Assembly (NCBI GenBank): GCA_017410505.1
Contig: JAFQQR010000027.1
Location: 107,439 to 171,438 of the forward strand
DNA: 64,000 nucleotides
DNA from: Clostridia bacterium
GTDB lineage: Bacteria; Bacillota; Clostridia; TANB77; CAG-508
Direction: 5' to 3'
A program made the translations under genes and the position numbers. Numbering within the stretch: position 1 is the stretch's first letter; each line of letters starts with the position of its first letter. The notes under the pieces were generated by a model. That model did no database searches. It was not told the DNA's origin and worked only from the letters and a program-made list of their open reading frames with translations. Positions 9,220-19,757 of the stretch are shown piece by piece.

Positions 9220-12200
9220 TTATACTATTTTTATTTTATTCCCTACTATTTCTTGAAAAATTTGTAGAATTTCTTCATTAAAATAGATTTGTCCACATGG
9301 TTTTATTTCTCCGTTTATTTCTATCTGGATATTCATATTGTTTTTGTCACCAGAGAAATATTTAATTGCGTTTCTTAATTTTTCCTTTTGTTCTTCTGGT
9401 AAATCAGTTATGTCTATACTTATTATTTTACTTTTTTCTTCTTCAAGATCTTTAATGTCGTTTGCAATAATGCTTGCTTGTTCATCTTCTCTTATACTTA
9501 GTCTTCCATCTACTAAAACGATATTTTCTTCTATTAAACTTCTACCTGCATTTATTACGGCATTTTCAAATGCTATGATTTCAGCTGTTCCATATAAGTC
9601 TTCTATTGTTATAAATGCCATTATCTTATTGTTTTTTGTGTATTTCTTTTTTATTGATGTAATAATTCCAGCATATTTCACCTTTTGACCATCAACAAAT
9701 TTAGATTTATCATGACCGCCAACATCCGACATCTGGCTTTCGACATCCGACATTTTCCCTCCGATTTCTTCCAAATCCAATGTATTTATATTTGTACAAT
9801 GCATAATCTGTTCTTTTAATTTTTCTAATGGATGCCCTGATATATATATTCCAAGCATTTCTTTTTCCATTGATAATAATTCTTTCTCTGGTAGCTCATC
9901 ATATTCTTCGAATTTATATTTTTGTTTTTCCATTTCTTCTTTGTCTTGTTCATTTCCGATATCAAACATTGATACTTGTCCACTAAATCCTTTTTTATTA
10001 CTACTTTGTATTGTATCAATAATTGTTTCAAATGATGCTAACAGTGTTGCTCTTGTTTGTTCAAATTCTCCAAACACTCCTGCTTTTATTAAACTTTCTA
10101 CACATTTTTTGTTTACTTGGGTATTTGCTATTCTTTCACAAAAATCTGTAAATCCTTTATATTCTCCATTTTCTTTTCTTTCTTTAACAATGTTTTCTAC
10201 AGGTACTGTTCCTACATTTTTTATACTTCCAAGTCCAAAGCGTATTTTTCCGTCTTCTACTGTAAATTTTTCATAACTTTTGTTAATATCTGGTTTTAAT
10301 ATTTCTATTCCTAATCTTTTACATTCATCTATGTATTGAGGCACTCTGTCTAAATTTCCTAAATAACTATTTAATGTTGCTGCCATAAATTCTGCTGGAT
10401 AATATGCTTTTAAATATGCTGTTCTATATGATACTACAGCATAACATGCTGCATGTGATTTATTGAATGCATATTTTGCAAATTCTGCCATTTCATCAAA
10501 TATTTTATCTGCTGATTTTTCATCTATTCCATTTCTTACACATCCGGGAACTATTACTTTTCCATCTTCATCTACTTGACCATGTATAAATACTTCTCTT
10601 TCTTTTGCCATTACATCTAGTTTTTTCTTCCCCATCGCTCTTCTTACTAAATCAGCTCTTCCTAAAGAATATCCTGCTAAATCTCTAACTATTTGCATAA
10701 CTTGTTCTTGGTAAACCATACATCCATAGGTTACATTTAGTATTGGTTCCAAGCTTGGGTGTGTATATTCATTATGACCAGGATTTTGTTTTCCTCTGAT
10801 ATATCTTGGTATTTGATCCATTGGTCCTGGTCTATAAAGCGAAACTCCTGCTATTAAGTCTTCTAAACAGTCTGGCTTTAGTTCTTTCATGAAGTTGGTC
10901 ATACCTTGTGATTCAAATTGGAATATTCCTGAAGAACTTCCTTCTTGCCATAATTTATATACTTTTGGATCTGACATTTCTTGGTCAAATTCTACATCTA
11001 TTCCATGATTTTGTTTTACCATGTCTATTGTATTTTGAATTACTGTTAAATTTCGCAATCCTAAAAAGTCCATTTTTAGAAGTCCTAATTCTTCTAGTGT
11101 TGTCATTATATATTGAGTATTTATTTGCCCATCTCTTACATATAGTGGCACATATGTGTCTACTGGGTCTTTTGTAATAACTACACCACATGCATGTGTT
11201 GAAGCCTGCCTTGGCATTCCTTCTAGTCCCATTGCTATATCTAATATTCTTCTTGTATTTTCATCATTTTCATATTTTTCTTTTAATTCTCTATTTTGTT
11301 CTATTGCTTTTTTTATAGTAATATGAATTTCATTTGGTATCATTTTTGCTAAGCTATCTGCTTCTGCATATGGATAATCTAAAACTCTTGCTACATCACG
11401 AATTACCATTTTCGCAGCCATTGTTCCAAATGTTATTATTTGTGATACATGATCATGTCCGTATTTTTCTGATACATAGTCTATTACTTCTTGTCTTCTT
11501 TCATCTGAAAAATCAACATCAAAGTCTGGCATGCTTATTCTTTCTGGATTTAAAAATCTCTCAAATAGTAATCCATATTTAATTGGGTCTATATCTGTAA
11601 TTTCAATTGCATATGCTAAAATTGAACCAGCCCCTGAACCTCTTCCTGGTCCTACTGGTATTGAATTAGTTTTTGCATAATGTATAAAATCCCATACTAT
11701 TAAGTAATAATCTACATATCCCATTTTTTTTATAATTGAAAGTTCATAATCTACTCTTTTCTGAATTTCTTCAGTTATATCTTCTCCATATCTTTTTTTA
11801 ATTCCATCATCACATAATTTTTTTAAGAAATCATAATGTGTTGGATACTCTGGTGGTACATTATAATTTGGTAATATTGTATTTCCAAACTCAAATTCTA
11901 CATTACATTTTTCTGCTATTTTTACTGTATTTTCTATTGCATCTGGAAATGCTGAAAAATATTCTGACATTTCTTCTGGTGATTTTACATATAATTCTTC
12001 TGTTTCAAATTTCATTCTATCTGGGTCACTCATTCTTTTTCCTGTTTGAATACATAATAAAACTTCATGATTATATGCATCTTCTTTTTTTAAATAATGA
12101 GCATCATTTGTTGCAACTAGCGGAATATCTAGTTTTCTCCCTAATTGTATTAATTTTTGGTTTGCTAAGACTTGCTCTCTTAAACCATTATTTTGTATTT

Positions 12201-12717
12201 CTATATAATAATCTTCACCAAAAATATTTTTATGCCATAATGCTACTTCTTCTGCTTTTTCTGTATTTCCATTTAACAATGCCTGATTAACTTCTCCTGC
12301 TAAACATGCACTTAAACAAACTAATCCTTCATGATATTTTTCTAATATTTCTTTATCAATTCGAGGTTTATAATAATACCCTTCTACAAATCCTAATGAA
12401 ACTAGTTTACTTAAATTTTTATATCCCTCATTATTTTTTGCAAGCAAAATCAAATGATAATAATGATTATCAATTCCTGGTTCTTTATCAAATCTTGTAC
12501 GTGGTGCCACATACACTTCACACCCTATTATTGGTTTTACTCCCTCTTTTTTACAAGCTTTGTAAAAATCAATAACACCATACATTACACCATGGTCTGT
12601 TATCGCAATTGAATCCATTCCTAACTCTTTTGCTCTTACTGGTAAATCTTTTATTCTATTTGCTCCATCTAATAAACTATACTCACTATGTATGTGCAAA
12701 TGTACAAATTTCGACAT
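9220..12717 (-). CDS. dnaE: DNA polymerase III alpha subunit
   Basis: PHP HLHIHSEYSLLDG, VGPGRGSGAGS, PDFDVDF, YAFNKSHA. Confidence 0.98.
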   Translation of the reverse strand: MSKFVHLHIHSEYSLLDGANRIKDLPVRAKELGMDSIAITDHGVMYGVIDFYKACKKEGVKPIIGCEVYVAPRTRFDKEPGIDNHYYHLILLAKNNEGYKNLSKLVSLGFVEGYYYKPRIDKEILEKYHEGLVCLSACLAGEVNQALLNGNTEKAEEVALWHKNIFGEDYYIEIQNNGLREQVLANQKLIQLGRKLDIPLVATNDAHYLKKEDAYNHEVLLCIQTGKRMSDPDRMKFETEELYVKSPEEMSEYFSAFPDAIENTVKIAEKCNVEFEFGNTILPNYNVPPEYPTHYDFLKKLCDDGIKKRYGEDITEEIQKRVDYELSIIKKMGYVDYYLIVWDFIHYAKTNSIPVGPGRGSGAGSILAYAIEITDIDPIKYGLLFERFLNPERISMPDFDVDFSDERRQEVIDYVSEKYGHDHVSQIITFGTMAAKMVIRDVARVLDYPYAEADSLAKMIPNEIHITIKKAIEQNRELKEKYENDENTRRILDIAMGLEGMPRQASTHACGVVITKDPVDTYVPLYVRDGQINTQYIMTTLEELGLLKMDFLGLRNLTVIQNTIDMVKQNHGIDVEFDQEMSDPKVYKLWQEGSSSGIFQFESQGMTNFMKELKPDCLEDLIAGVSLYRPGPMDQIPRYIRGKQNPGHNEYTHPSLEPILNVTYGCMVYQEQVMQIVRDLAGYSLGRADLVRRAMGKKKLDVMAKEREVFIHGQVDEDGKVIVPGCVRNGIDEKSADKIFDEMAEFAKYAFNKSHAACYAVVSYRTAYLKAYYPAEFMAATLNSYLGNLDRVPQYIDECKRLGIEILKPDINKSYEKFTVEDGKIRFGLGSIKNVGTVPVENIVKERKENGEYKGFTDFCERIANTQVNKKCVESLIKAGVFGEFEQTRATLLASFETIIDTIQSSNKKGFSGQVSMFDIGNEQDKEEMEKQKYKFEEYDELPEKELLSMEKEMLGIYISGHPLEKLKEQIMHCTNINTLDLEEIGGKMSDVESQMSDVGGHDKSKFVDGQKVKYAGIITSIKKKYTKNNKIMAFITIEDLYGTAEIIAFENAVINAGRSLIEENIVLVDGRLSIREDEQASIIANDIKDLEEEKSKIISIDITDLPEEQKEKLRNAIKYFSGDKNNMNIQIEINGEIKPCGQIYFNEEILQIFQEIVGNKIKIV

Positions 12718-12731
12718 TTCTTTCTCCTTTT

Positions 12732-13049
12732 TTATATTTGTTTACTACTTAAATCTATTAATAAATCCATATTATCATCTTTAGCAGCTTTGTTTTTCCT
12801 TATTGCTCCACATTTTTTACATTTAAAAATAATTACATATCCTTTTTTTCCGTCTATCTCCATGCTCACAGGTTCCAAATCTCCTTGACATTGTTCTAAT
12901 CTATCTCCTGGATTTTTATCTACATGTTTTGAATGTAAACAATATGGACAATGATTCCTACATGAATATCCTAATTGTGGTACTTTTTTCCCACAATTTT
13001 CACATATAAATTCTTCATCTATTTCTGTAAATCTACTATTTTTTAACAT
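12732..13049 (-). CDS. RNHCP domain protein
   Basis: FICENCG...CRNHCPYCLHSKHVD..PGDR. Confidence 0.92.
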   Translation of the reverse strand: MLKNSRFTEIDEEFICENCGKKVPQLGYSCRNHCPYCLHSKHVDKNPGDRLEQCQGDLEPVSMEIDGKKGYVIIFKCKKCGAIRKNKAAKDDNMDLLIDLSSKQI

Positions 13050-13074
13050 AATTCCTCCTTGTCCAATTGGGACC

Positions 13075-14718
13075 TTAATGCAAGTCGAATGTCCCGCCTC
13101 CCAAAAATTCTTTTAACAATGAATTTGTTGGTATATACTCATTTGATATTGGTCTAAAATATTTTAATAGATTTATCAACCTTTGAGCCTCTGCATATTC
13201 TTTATTCCCCTTATCTATTTCTTCCAATAAAGACATAGCTATTTCTTTCAACGCGCTCAATTCATATATTAATGATGTATTAAATATAGTATCTGCATCT
13301 TCTTGGAATGGGAATATATTTTTTCTTTCGCCTTCTGTTACTTTATTCCATGTATTTAATGTATTTAATGCAGAATATCCTCTAAATTGATAATCTCTTA
13401 CCATTCTTCTTATAAGTCGTGTATCTGTTGTTGATATTCTATTATATCTATCCATATTCAATACTGTTAGTGCACTTATATAGATTTTATATTTCTGGTC
13501 TTTTGATATTTGACTTGTTAATTTATCATTTAAACAATGTATTCCCTCTATTACCAATACTTCGTCTTCTGCCAATTTTAATTTCTTTCCATTATATTTT
13601 TTGGTTCCCAAATGGAAGTCAAATTCTGGCATTTCTACTTCTTCACCATTTAACAATTTTACAAGATGTTCATTAAACAATTCTAAATCTATAGCTTCTA
13701 TACATTCAAAATTATATTCTCCATTTTCATCTCTAGGAGTATCTTTTCTTTCTACAAAATAATTATCAACAGATATTGTTACTGGTTTTAATCCATTTAA
13801 TCTTAATTGGATTCCTAATCTTTGTGCAAATGTAGTTTTTCCAGATGATGATGGTCCTGCTATTAAAATCATTTTTACATTTTTTCTTTTTACTATATCA
13901 TCTGCTATATTTGCTATTTTTTTCTCATGCAATGCTTCTGCAAGCATTATCACATCTTTTATTCTATCTTCCTCTATTGCTTTATTTAATTTGTAGACTG
14001 TATTTACATCTAACACTAAATGTATTTTTTCAAATTCTTCTAATGCCCATGCTAATTTTTTTGTCTCTACAAATTCAGGTAATTCTGTTGGCGCTTGCGA
14101 ACTTGGATATCTTATTAAAAATCCATCCTTATATTTTACTATATCAAATAATTCTATTACACCTGTTCTATTTGCAAGTACCCCGTAACAATAATTATAA
14201 TACTCTTCACAATAATACATATATATTATATCATTTTCCTTAAAATCAAACTGAAGCCTTCCTTTTGATGTATTTGTTTCTGCATATAATTTTCGAGCTT
14301 CCTGTCTATTCATTTCGACTTTCTTAATTTTTAAATCACTATCAATTATTTCTTGCATTTTTGATTTCAAATTTTCTATAAAATCTTTTGTTATTTCTAT
14401 ATTATCACACTTGCAAAACATTGCATTTCCTAATTGATATTCAACCATTATTTTTTCTTTTTGATATAAACTTTCAAATGCTTTGCCCATTATATACACT
14501 AATGTTCTTATATATATTTTAATTCCTTCTTTTGAAGATGTATCTAATAATTCTATTTTTGCATTCTCTTCAATTGGTGTTTCTAAATTTCTATATTCAT
14601 TGTTGTATATACACCCAACTACTCCATATTTGCTTTTTTCTATTTCTTCTCTAAAAGCTTGATTTACTGTTTCCCCATCATTTTTAAGTATTTCTCTACC
14701 ATTATATATCACTTTCAT
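13075..14718 (-). CDS. Nucleoside (uridine) kinase with ThrRS-like N-terminal region
   Basis: IAGPSSSGKTT P-loop, VIEGIH, RRMVRDYQFRG. Confidence 0.88.
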   Translation of the reverse strand: MKVIYNGREILKNDGETVNQAFREEIEKSKYGVVGCIYNNEYRNLETPIEENAKIELLDTSSKEGIKIYIRTLVYIMGKAFESLYQKEKIMVEYQLGNAMFCKCDNIEITKDFIENLKSKMQEIIDSDLKIKKVEMNRQEARKLYAETNTSKGRLQFDFKENDIIYMYYCEEYYNYCYGVLANRTGVIELFDIVKYKDGFLIRYPSSQAPTELPEFVETKKLAWALEEFEKIHLVLDVNTVYKLNKAIEEDRIKDVIMLAEALHEKKIANIADDIVKRKNVKMILIAGPSSSGKTTFAQRLGIQLRLNGLKPVTISVDNYFVERKDTPRDENGEYNFECIEAIDLELFNEHLVKLLNGEEVEMPEFDFHLGTKKYNGKKLKLAEDEVLVIEGIHCLNDKLTSQISKDQKYKIYISALTVLNMDRYNRISTTDTRLIRRMVRDYQFRGYSALNTLNTWNKVTEGERKNIFPFQEDADTIFNTSLIYELSALKEIAMSLLEEIDKGNKEYAEAQRLINLLKYFRPISNEYIPTNSLLKEFLGGGTFDLH

Positions 14719-14919
14719 TCCAGTTCAATTCCTCCCTTTTGCCTTATTATTCATCTTATTTTATATCAATCACATAAATAAGTCAATCTGTTTTTAAGTT
14801 TCGCCTTTTTAATATTATTTCAAGAGCTAAGTCCTAGGAGTAAGCTCTTGAAATAATATTAAAAAAATATATAGTGGAAATTCCCATTTAATACTATAGG
14901 AATATTCCACTATATACCT

Positions 14920-17169
14920 TTAATTATTCATTGCCTTAAGATTTACAATTTCCTCATTTAAATCAATAATACATGTTGACATTTTTTCTAAATCTTCATA
15001 ATTTATACCATCATTAATTTTAAATGATTTTTTAGTCTGTCTTTTTCTTCTTTCTTTTAATGATTCAAAACTTATAATATTTCCTGCACTTTTTACTTTA
15101 TTTTCTTGTATTTTTTCATTTATTTCTGCTAATCTTTCTTCATAATTCATTTTCTCTATTTTTTCTAATAATTCTGAATTGCTATTAAGCTGCAACTCTT
15201 TTAAATTCTTAATTTCATTATTTAAGATATTTACTTCTTCCATAAATTTTTGTAATATTTTTGTAATATCTTCTCTATCTTTTTCTTTTATTTCTTCTAT
15301 CTTTCTTTCATACTCTTCTCTACTATTTATTATTTTAGCATTCATTTCTTCTAGTTTTTCTTCACTGTTTACTTTCTCTATTTGTTCTAATAATTGATAA
15401 TTACTATTAATTTGCAACTCTTTTAAATTTTTAATTTCAATATTTGAATTAGTTACTTCTTTCATAAATTCCTGCATCATTTTTTCCATTTTATCTTCAT
15501 TATTTAGCTTTTCTATCTTATCATTTATTTCTTGGAACTTTTCTTCATGATTCATTTTTTCTATTTTTTCTAATAATTGTTTATTGTTAGTAGTTTGTAT
15601 TTTCTTTAATTTATTTATATCATCTTTTATGATTTTTACTTGGCAATCAAGTATATTATTTTCTATTTGTAAATTTTCTTCTACTATTTCTTCTTTTTTA
15701 TTTAGCAATTCTTCTTTTATATTGTTTTCTGCAATTTTTATAATGTCTTCCAAAGAAATCATATTTGTTTTTTCTTCTAGTTTTTCAATATCTTCTGCTT
15801 CTTCTGAACTATAATATCCATATTTTTTTCCGTAATACTTTCCGCCTTGTATTTGAATTTTATTAGATATCACACCTAAAATCTTTCCATTTACATCTTC
15901 TATTGATTTTTTTACCTTTTTTAAATCTGTTATTTTTGTTTTTTTATTTTCTGCTATTAAAATTGTACTATCTACCATAGATGATAATGCAATACTATCT
16001 GATACTAGCATACATGATGTACCATCTAATAAAACTATGTCATACATACTTTTTAATAAATCTAATAATTTTTTCATGTTGTTTGATGATATTAATTCTG
16101 CTGGATTTGGTGGTATTGTTCCATTTTGTAATATATGTAAATTTGGTATTTTTGTTTCTTGTATATATTTTCTAGATTTCTCTAAATTTTCTAATTTATT
16201 ATCAGATATTTCTTTAATAAAATCTGACAACCCTTCTTGTTTCTCTATGTCAAATATATTATTTTTGTCACTTTGATTTCTTAAATCAGTGTCTACTAAA
16301 ATTACTTTTTTATTGGCTTGTGCAAATGCTACTGCCATATTATTTGCAATCCAACTTTTTCCTTCTCCTTGTTTAGGACTTGTAAACAATATTGTCCTTT
16401 TATTTTTAGCATATAATATATTAGTTCTTGTTGTTTTTATACATTCTACTATATAAGATTTTGGATTATTTTTAATTACTAGTTCATCATTATCTTTATA
16501 TACTGGTAATGTTCCTATATTTTTTAATCTAACATTAAATTCTATATCTTTTTCATCTTTTATAGTATCATCTAAAAGATATATGGCCATTACTAATATA
16601 GCTGATACAAATATTCCTCCAATTGTAAATATTATCATATCTTTTGTATGATTTATATTATATGGGATATTTTCTACTTCTGCTTCATCTACTATTTTTA
16701 TATTTTCTAAATTATAAATATCTTTTATTTGTTCTGAAAAAACTTTTGATAATTCATTTGCTATATTTTTTGCTGTTTCTGGATTACCATTTTTTACAGA
16801 AATTTTTAAAAATTGTGTTTTGTCTATTTGTTTTACTTCTATATTATTCTGTAATTCACTAACAGACATTTTTAACCCTAGATTTTCTATTGTTTTTTCT
16901 ATAACATTTGTACTCTTAGCAATACTACTATATGTAGATATTAAACTAGAATTTATTGTTAAGTCTGTTTGTGTTACTTCCTTATTTTCTTCACTTTCAT
17001 CTGCGACTAATAATATTTTTACAGATGAATTGTATTGAGGCTTCTTATAGTAATAGGAATAAGTATAACCTAGCATTATACTAAGTAATAATATTAATAT
17101 GATAAATACTTTTTTAGAAAAAATTATTCCTAATATTCTTTTAATATCAATATTTTCATAATTTTCCAT
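14920..17169 (-). CDS. Wzc-like fused polysaccharide co-polymerase/BY-kinase with long C-terminal coiled coil
   Basis: Two TM Wzz/CpsC region, Walker A SPKQGEGKS, VDTDLR, PPNPAELI, Tyr cluster GKYYGKKYGYY, then about 290 aa of E/K/N-rich repeats. Confidence 0.8.
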   Translation of the reverse strand: MENYENIDIKRILGIIFSKKVFIILILLLSIMLGYTYSYYYKKPQYNSSVKILLVADESEENKEVTQTDLTINSSLISTYSSIAKSTNVIEKTIENLGLKMSVSELQNNIEVKQIDKTQFLKISVKNGNPETAKNIANELSKVFSEQIKDIYNLENIKIVDEAEVENIPYNINHTKDMIIFTIGGIFVSAILVMAIYLLDDTIKDEKDIEFNVRLKNIGTLPVYKDNDELVIKNNPKSYIVECIKTTRTNILYAKNKRTILFTSPKQGEGKSWIANNMAVAFAQANKKVILVDTDLRNQSDKNNIFDIEKQEGLSDFIKEISDNKLENLEKSRKYIQETKIPNLHILQNGTIPPNPAELISSNNMKKLLDLLKSMYDIVLLDGTSCMLVSDSIALSSMVDSTILIAENKKTKITDLKKVKKSIEDVNGKILGVISNKIQIQGGKYYGKKYGYYSSEEAEDIEKLEEKTNMISLEDIIKIAENNIKEELLNKKEEIVEENLQIENNILDCQVKIIKDDINKLKKIQTTNNKQLLEKIEKMNHEEKFQEINDKIEKLNNEDKMEKMMQEFMKEVTNSNIEIKNLKELQINSNYQLLEQIEKVNSEEKLEEMNAKIINSREEYERKIEEIKEKDREDITKILQKFMEEVNILNNEIKNLKELQLNSNSELLEKIEKMNYEERLAEINEKIQENKVKSAGNIISFESLKERRKRQTKKSFKINDGINYEDLEKMSTCIIDLNEEIVNLKAMNN

Positions 17170-17324
17170 TTACATCACCTATTTAAAATTATACCACATT
17201 TTAGTAATTATTGCAACACTTTATGTTTATTTGTATGGTTGTAAATTTTTTTTATTATAATTTCTAGTTATATTTTTCCGTATTATGGATATAATTTTAT
17301 TAATATCTTATAGGAGGGATTATT

Positions 17325-17513
17325 ATGAACCTTGAAAGAATACATCATATTTTAAATAATAAACTAAAATGTGATATTTTTTATGATGAACGCCCCGTTT
17401 GGATACAAGGAATTGATGACTCTAACGATGTTGCTAAAATAGGCTTTGTAGACAATTTTGAAGAAAAAGATGTGTATATAGAGGACTTATATGAAAGAAA
17501 TCTATATAATTAA
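17325..17513 (+). CDS. sspH: H-type small acid-soluble spore protein
   Basis: 62 aa, MNLERIHHIL...IFYDERPVWIQ...VYIEDLYE resembles SspH; AGGAGG SD. Confidence 0.75.
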   Translation: MNLERIHHILNNKLKCDIFYDERPVWIQGIDDSNDVAKIGFVDNFEEKDVYIEDLYERNLYN

Positions 17514-17583
17514 AACTTGTCATATCTAAAAAACGACCAATAGATAAAATAATCTGTTGGTCGTTCAAGTTTTAAAATATTAC

Positions 17584-18966
17584 TTAAAATTCAACTCTTT
17601 CTGAAATCCAGCCTTCTAATTCATCAATTTTAACTCTAACTTGTTCCATTGTATCCCTATCTCTTATAGTAACTGAATTATCCTCTAATGTATCAAAATC
17701 AACAGTTACACAATAAGGTGTTCCAATTTCGTCCTCTCTTCTATATCTTTTTCCAATACTTCCTGCCTCATCATAATCACACATAAATTTCTTAGATAAT
17801 TTTGTATATACTTCTTGTGATTTTTCTGATAATTTCTTAGATAATGGTAATACTGCTACTTTGAATGGCGCTAAAGCTGGATGTAAATGTAATACAACTC
17901 TTGTATCTCCTTCTGCAATTTCTTCTTCATCATAGCTATTGCATAAAAATGCTAATACTACCCTATCAGCTCCCAATGATGGTTCTATTACATATGGTAC
18001 ATATTTTTCGTTTGTTTCTGGGTCTTGATATGATAAATCTTGTTTTGAATGATTTATATGTTGTTTTAAGTCATAATCTGTTCTATCTGCAATTCCCCAT
18101 AATTCACCCCATCCAAATGGAAATGCAAATTCAATATCAGTTGTTGCTTTACTATAAAATACTAATTCTTCTGGAGAATGGTCTCTCAGTCTAATATTTT
18201 CTTTTTTCATTCCTAAGTCTAATAGCCATTTTTCGCAATAATCTTTCCAATATTTATACCACTCTAAATCTGTTCCTGGCTTACAGAAAAATTCAAGTTC
18301 CATTTGTTCAAATTCTCTTGTTCTAAATGTAAAATTTCCTGGTGTTATTTCGTTTCTAAAAGCTTTTCCTATTTGAGCAATACCCATTGGTATTTTCTTT
18401 CTAGATGTTCTTACAACACTTTTAAAGTCCACAAATATTCCTTGAGCTGTTTCTGGTCTTAAATAAATTTCTGATGTTGTATCTTCTGTTACTCCTTGGA
18501 ATGTTTTAAACATCAAATTAAACTTTCTTATATCTGTAAAGTTTGTTTTTCCACAAGATGGGCATGGTATTTTATTTCCTATAATAAAATCTATTAATTC
18601 TTTATCTGTCATTCCATCTGCTATCATATCATTTCTATTATCGTGTGCCCATTCTTCTATTAATTTATCTGCTCTATGTCTTGTTTTACATTCTTTACAG
18701 TCTATTAATGGATCTGAAAATCCTCCTACATGCCCTGATGCAACCCATGTTTCAGGATTCATTAATATTGCAGCATCAAGCCCTACAACATTTGGTTGCT
18801 CTTGTATGAATTTTTTTCTCCAAGCTGCTTTTACATTATTTTTTAATTCATTTCCTAAAGGACCATAATCCCATGTATTTGCTAATCCTCCATAAATTTC
18901 TGAACCCGGATATATAAACCCTCTGTTTTTGCATAATGCAACTAATGTGTCCATTGACTTTAACAT
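17584..18966 (-). CDS. glyQS: Glycine--tRNA ligase (alpha2 type)
   Basis: [41 protein letters not shown]. Confidence 0.97.
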   Translation of the reverse strand: MLKSMDTLVALCKNRGFIYPGSEIYGGLANTWDYGPLGNELKNNVKAAWRKKFIQEQPNVVGLDAAILMNPETWVASGHVGGFSDPLIDCKECKTRHRADKLIEEWAHDNRNDMIADGMTDKELIDFIIGNKIPCPSCGKTNFTDIRKFNLMFKTFQGVTEDTTSEIYLRPETAQGIFVDFKSVVRTSRKKIPMGIAQIGKAFRNEITPGNFTFRTREFEQMELEFFCKPGTDLEWYKYWKDYCEKWLLDLGMKKENIRLRDHSPEELVFYSKATTDIEFAFPFGWGELWGIADRTDYDLKQHINHSKQDLSYQDPETNEKYVPYVIEPSLGADRVVLAFLCNSYDEEEIAEGDTRVVLHLHPALAPFKVAVLPLSKKLSEKSQEVYTKLSKKFMCDYDEAGSIGKRYRREDEIGTPYCVTVDFDTLEDNSVTIRDRDTMEQVRVKIDELEGWISERVEF

Positions 18967-18999
18967 AAAAATTCCTCCTTTTGATAACTTTTACTTTAA

Positions 19000-19230
19000 C
19001 AAAAAAACTTTCATACCTAGCCATATAAAACAGCTAGGGACGAAAGTTTTATTCCGCGTTTCCACCCTAATTCTTAAAACTTTAAGATTAAATCTTCTAT
19101 TTTAAGCACCTTAATTTTTAAATTACTCCAAAGCTCCCCATGCTAATTTTATTGCAAGTTTTTCACCATTTTACTCACTCTCTAATAATAAAATTTTATA
19201 GCATTTTTTCTTCTTCCACGTAATGTTTAT
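19000..19230 (-). promoter_or_regulatory. T-box leader of glyQS
   Basis: Minus strand AATTAGGGTGGAAACGCGG T-box (19054-19072), then hairpin plus U-tract terminator; AGAGA/GGTGA stem-I motifs upstream. Confidence 0.88.
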
Positions 19231-19241
19231 TTACTTTTAAA

Positions 19242-19316
19242 TGGCAGGGGTAGAAGGACTCGAACCCTCACAGGCGGTTTTGGAGACCGATGTGCTACCA
19301 TTGACACTATACCCCT
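19242..19316 (-). tRNA. tRNA-Trp (CCA)
   Basis: AGGGGTA acceptor stem, anticodon loop CT-CCA-AA, GGTTCGAGTCC T-arm, encoded CCA end. Confidence 0.95.
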
Positions 19317-19386
19317 ATATTTGAATCAATTTTTAAATTCATTTATTATATTAACATAGTTTTTTATTTTTGACAAGCTTTATATA

Positions 19387-19687
19387 AAAGTTTTTTGAAA
19401 AAATTGTAACAGTTCATTCCTAAATATGTAGAGTACTTGGAAAAGGTTGTTATATAATAAATTTATGTAATGACGAATGTGACGGGAATAGGCTTAGAAA
19501 TTCTTAATTAATTTGATGGAAAGAGTTCACGCAGCGCAGCGGAGTGGAAGGGTGCCATAAAATTAATTTAGAATTTCTTAGTCTATGTATGGAGCCGAGG
19601 AATGAAATAAATTTATTATATAACAACCTTTTCCAAGTACTCTACATATTTAGGAATGAACTGTTACAATTTTTTCAAAAAAACTTT
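19387..19687 (+). repeat. Long palindromic element, family A copy 1
   Basis: About 80-bp near-perfect terminal inverted repeats containing GTAGAGT; inner stem; internal loop motifs GTAATGACGAATGTGA / GAGCCGAGGAATGAA. Confidence 0.85.
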
Positions 19688-19757
19688 AATTTAAATTTTT
19701 ATTGCATTTATCAAAAATTTATGTTATAACCTTAACTACAGTATTTTATTCAAGGAA

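Noticed and set aside
14806-14916. Two adjacent hairpins downstream of the BY-kinase gene
   Set aside because: Consistent with ordinary terminator-like structures; no motif shared with the element families
19544-19729. 61-aa ORF inside the family A element
   Set aside because: Lies in the palindrome arm and is not preserved in the second copy
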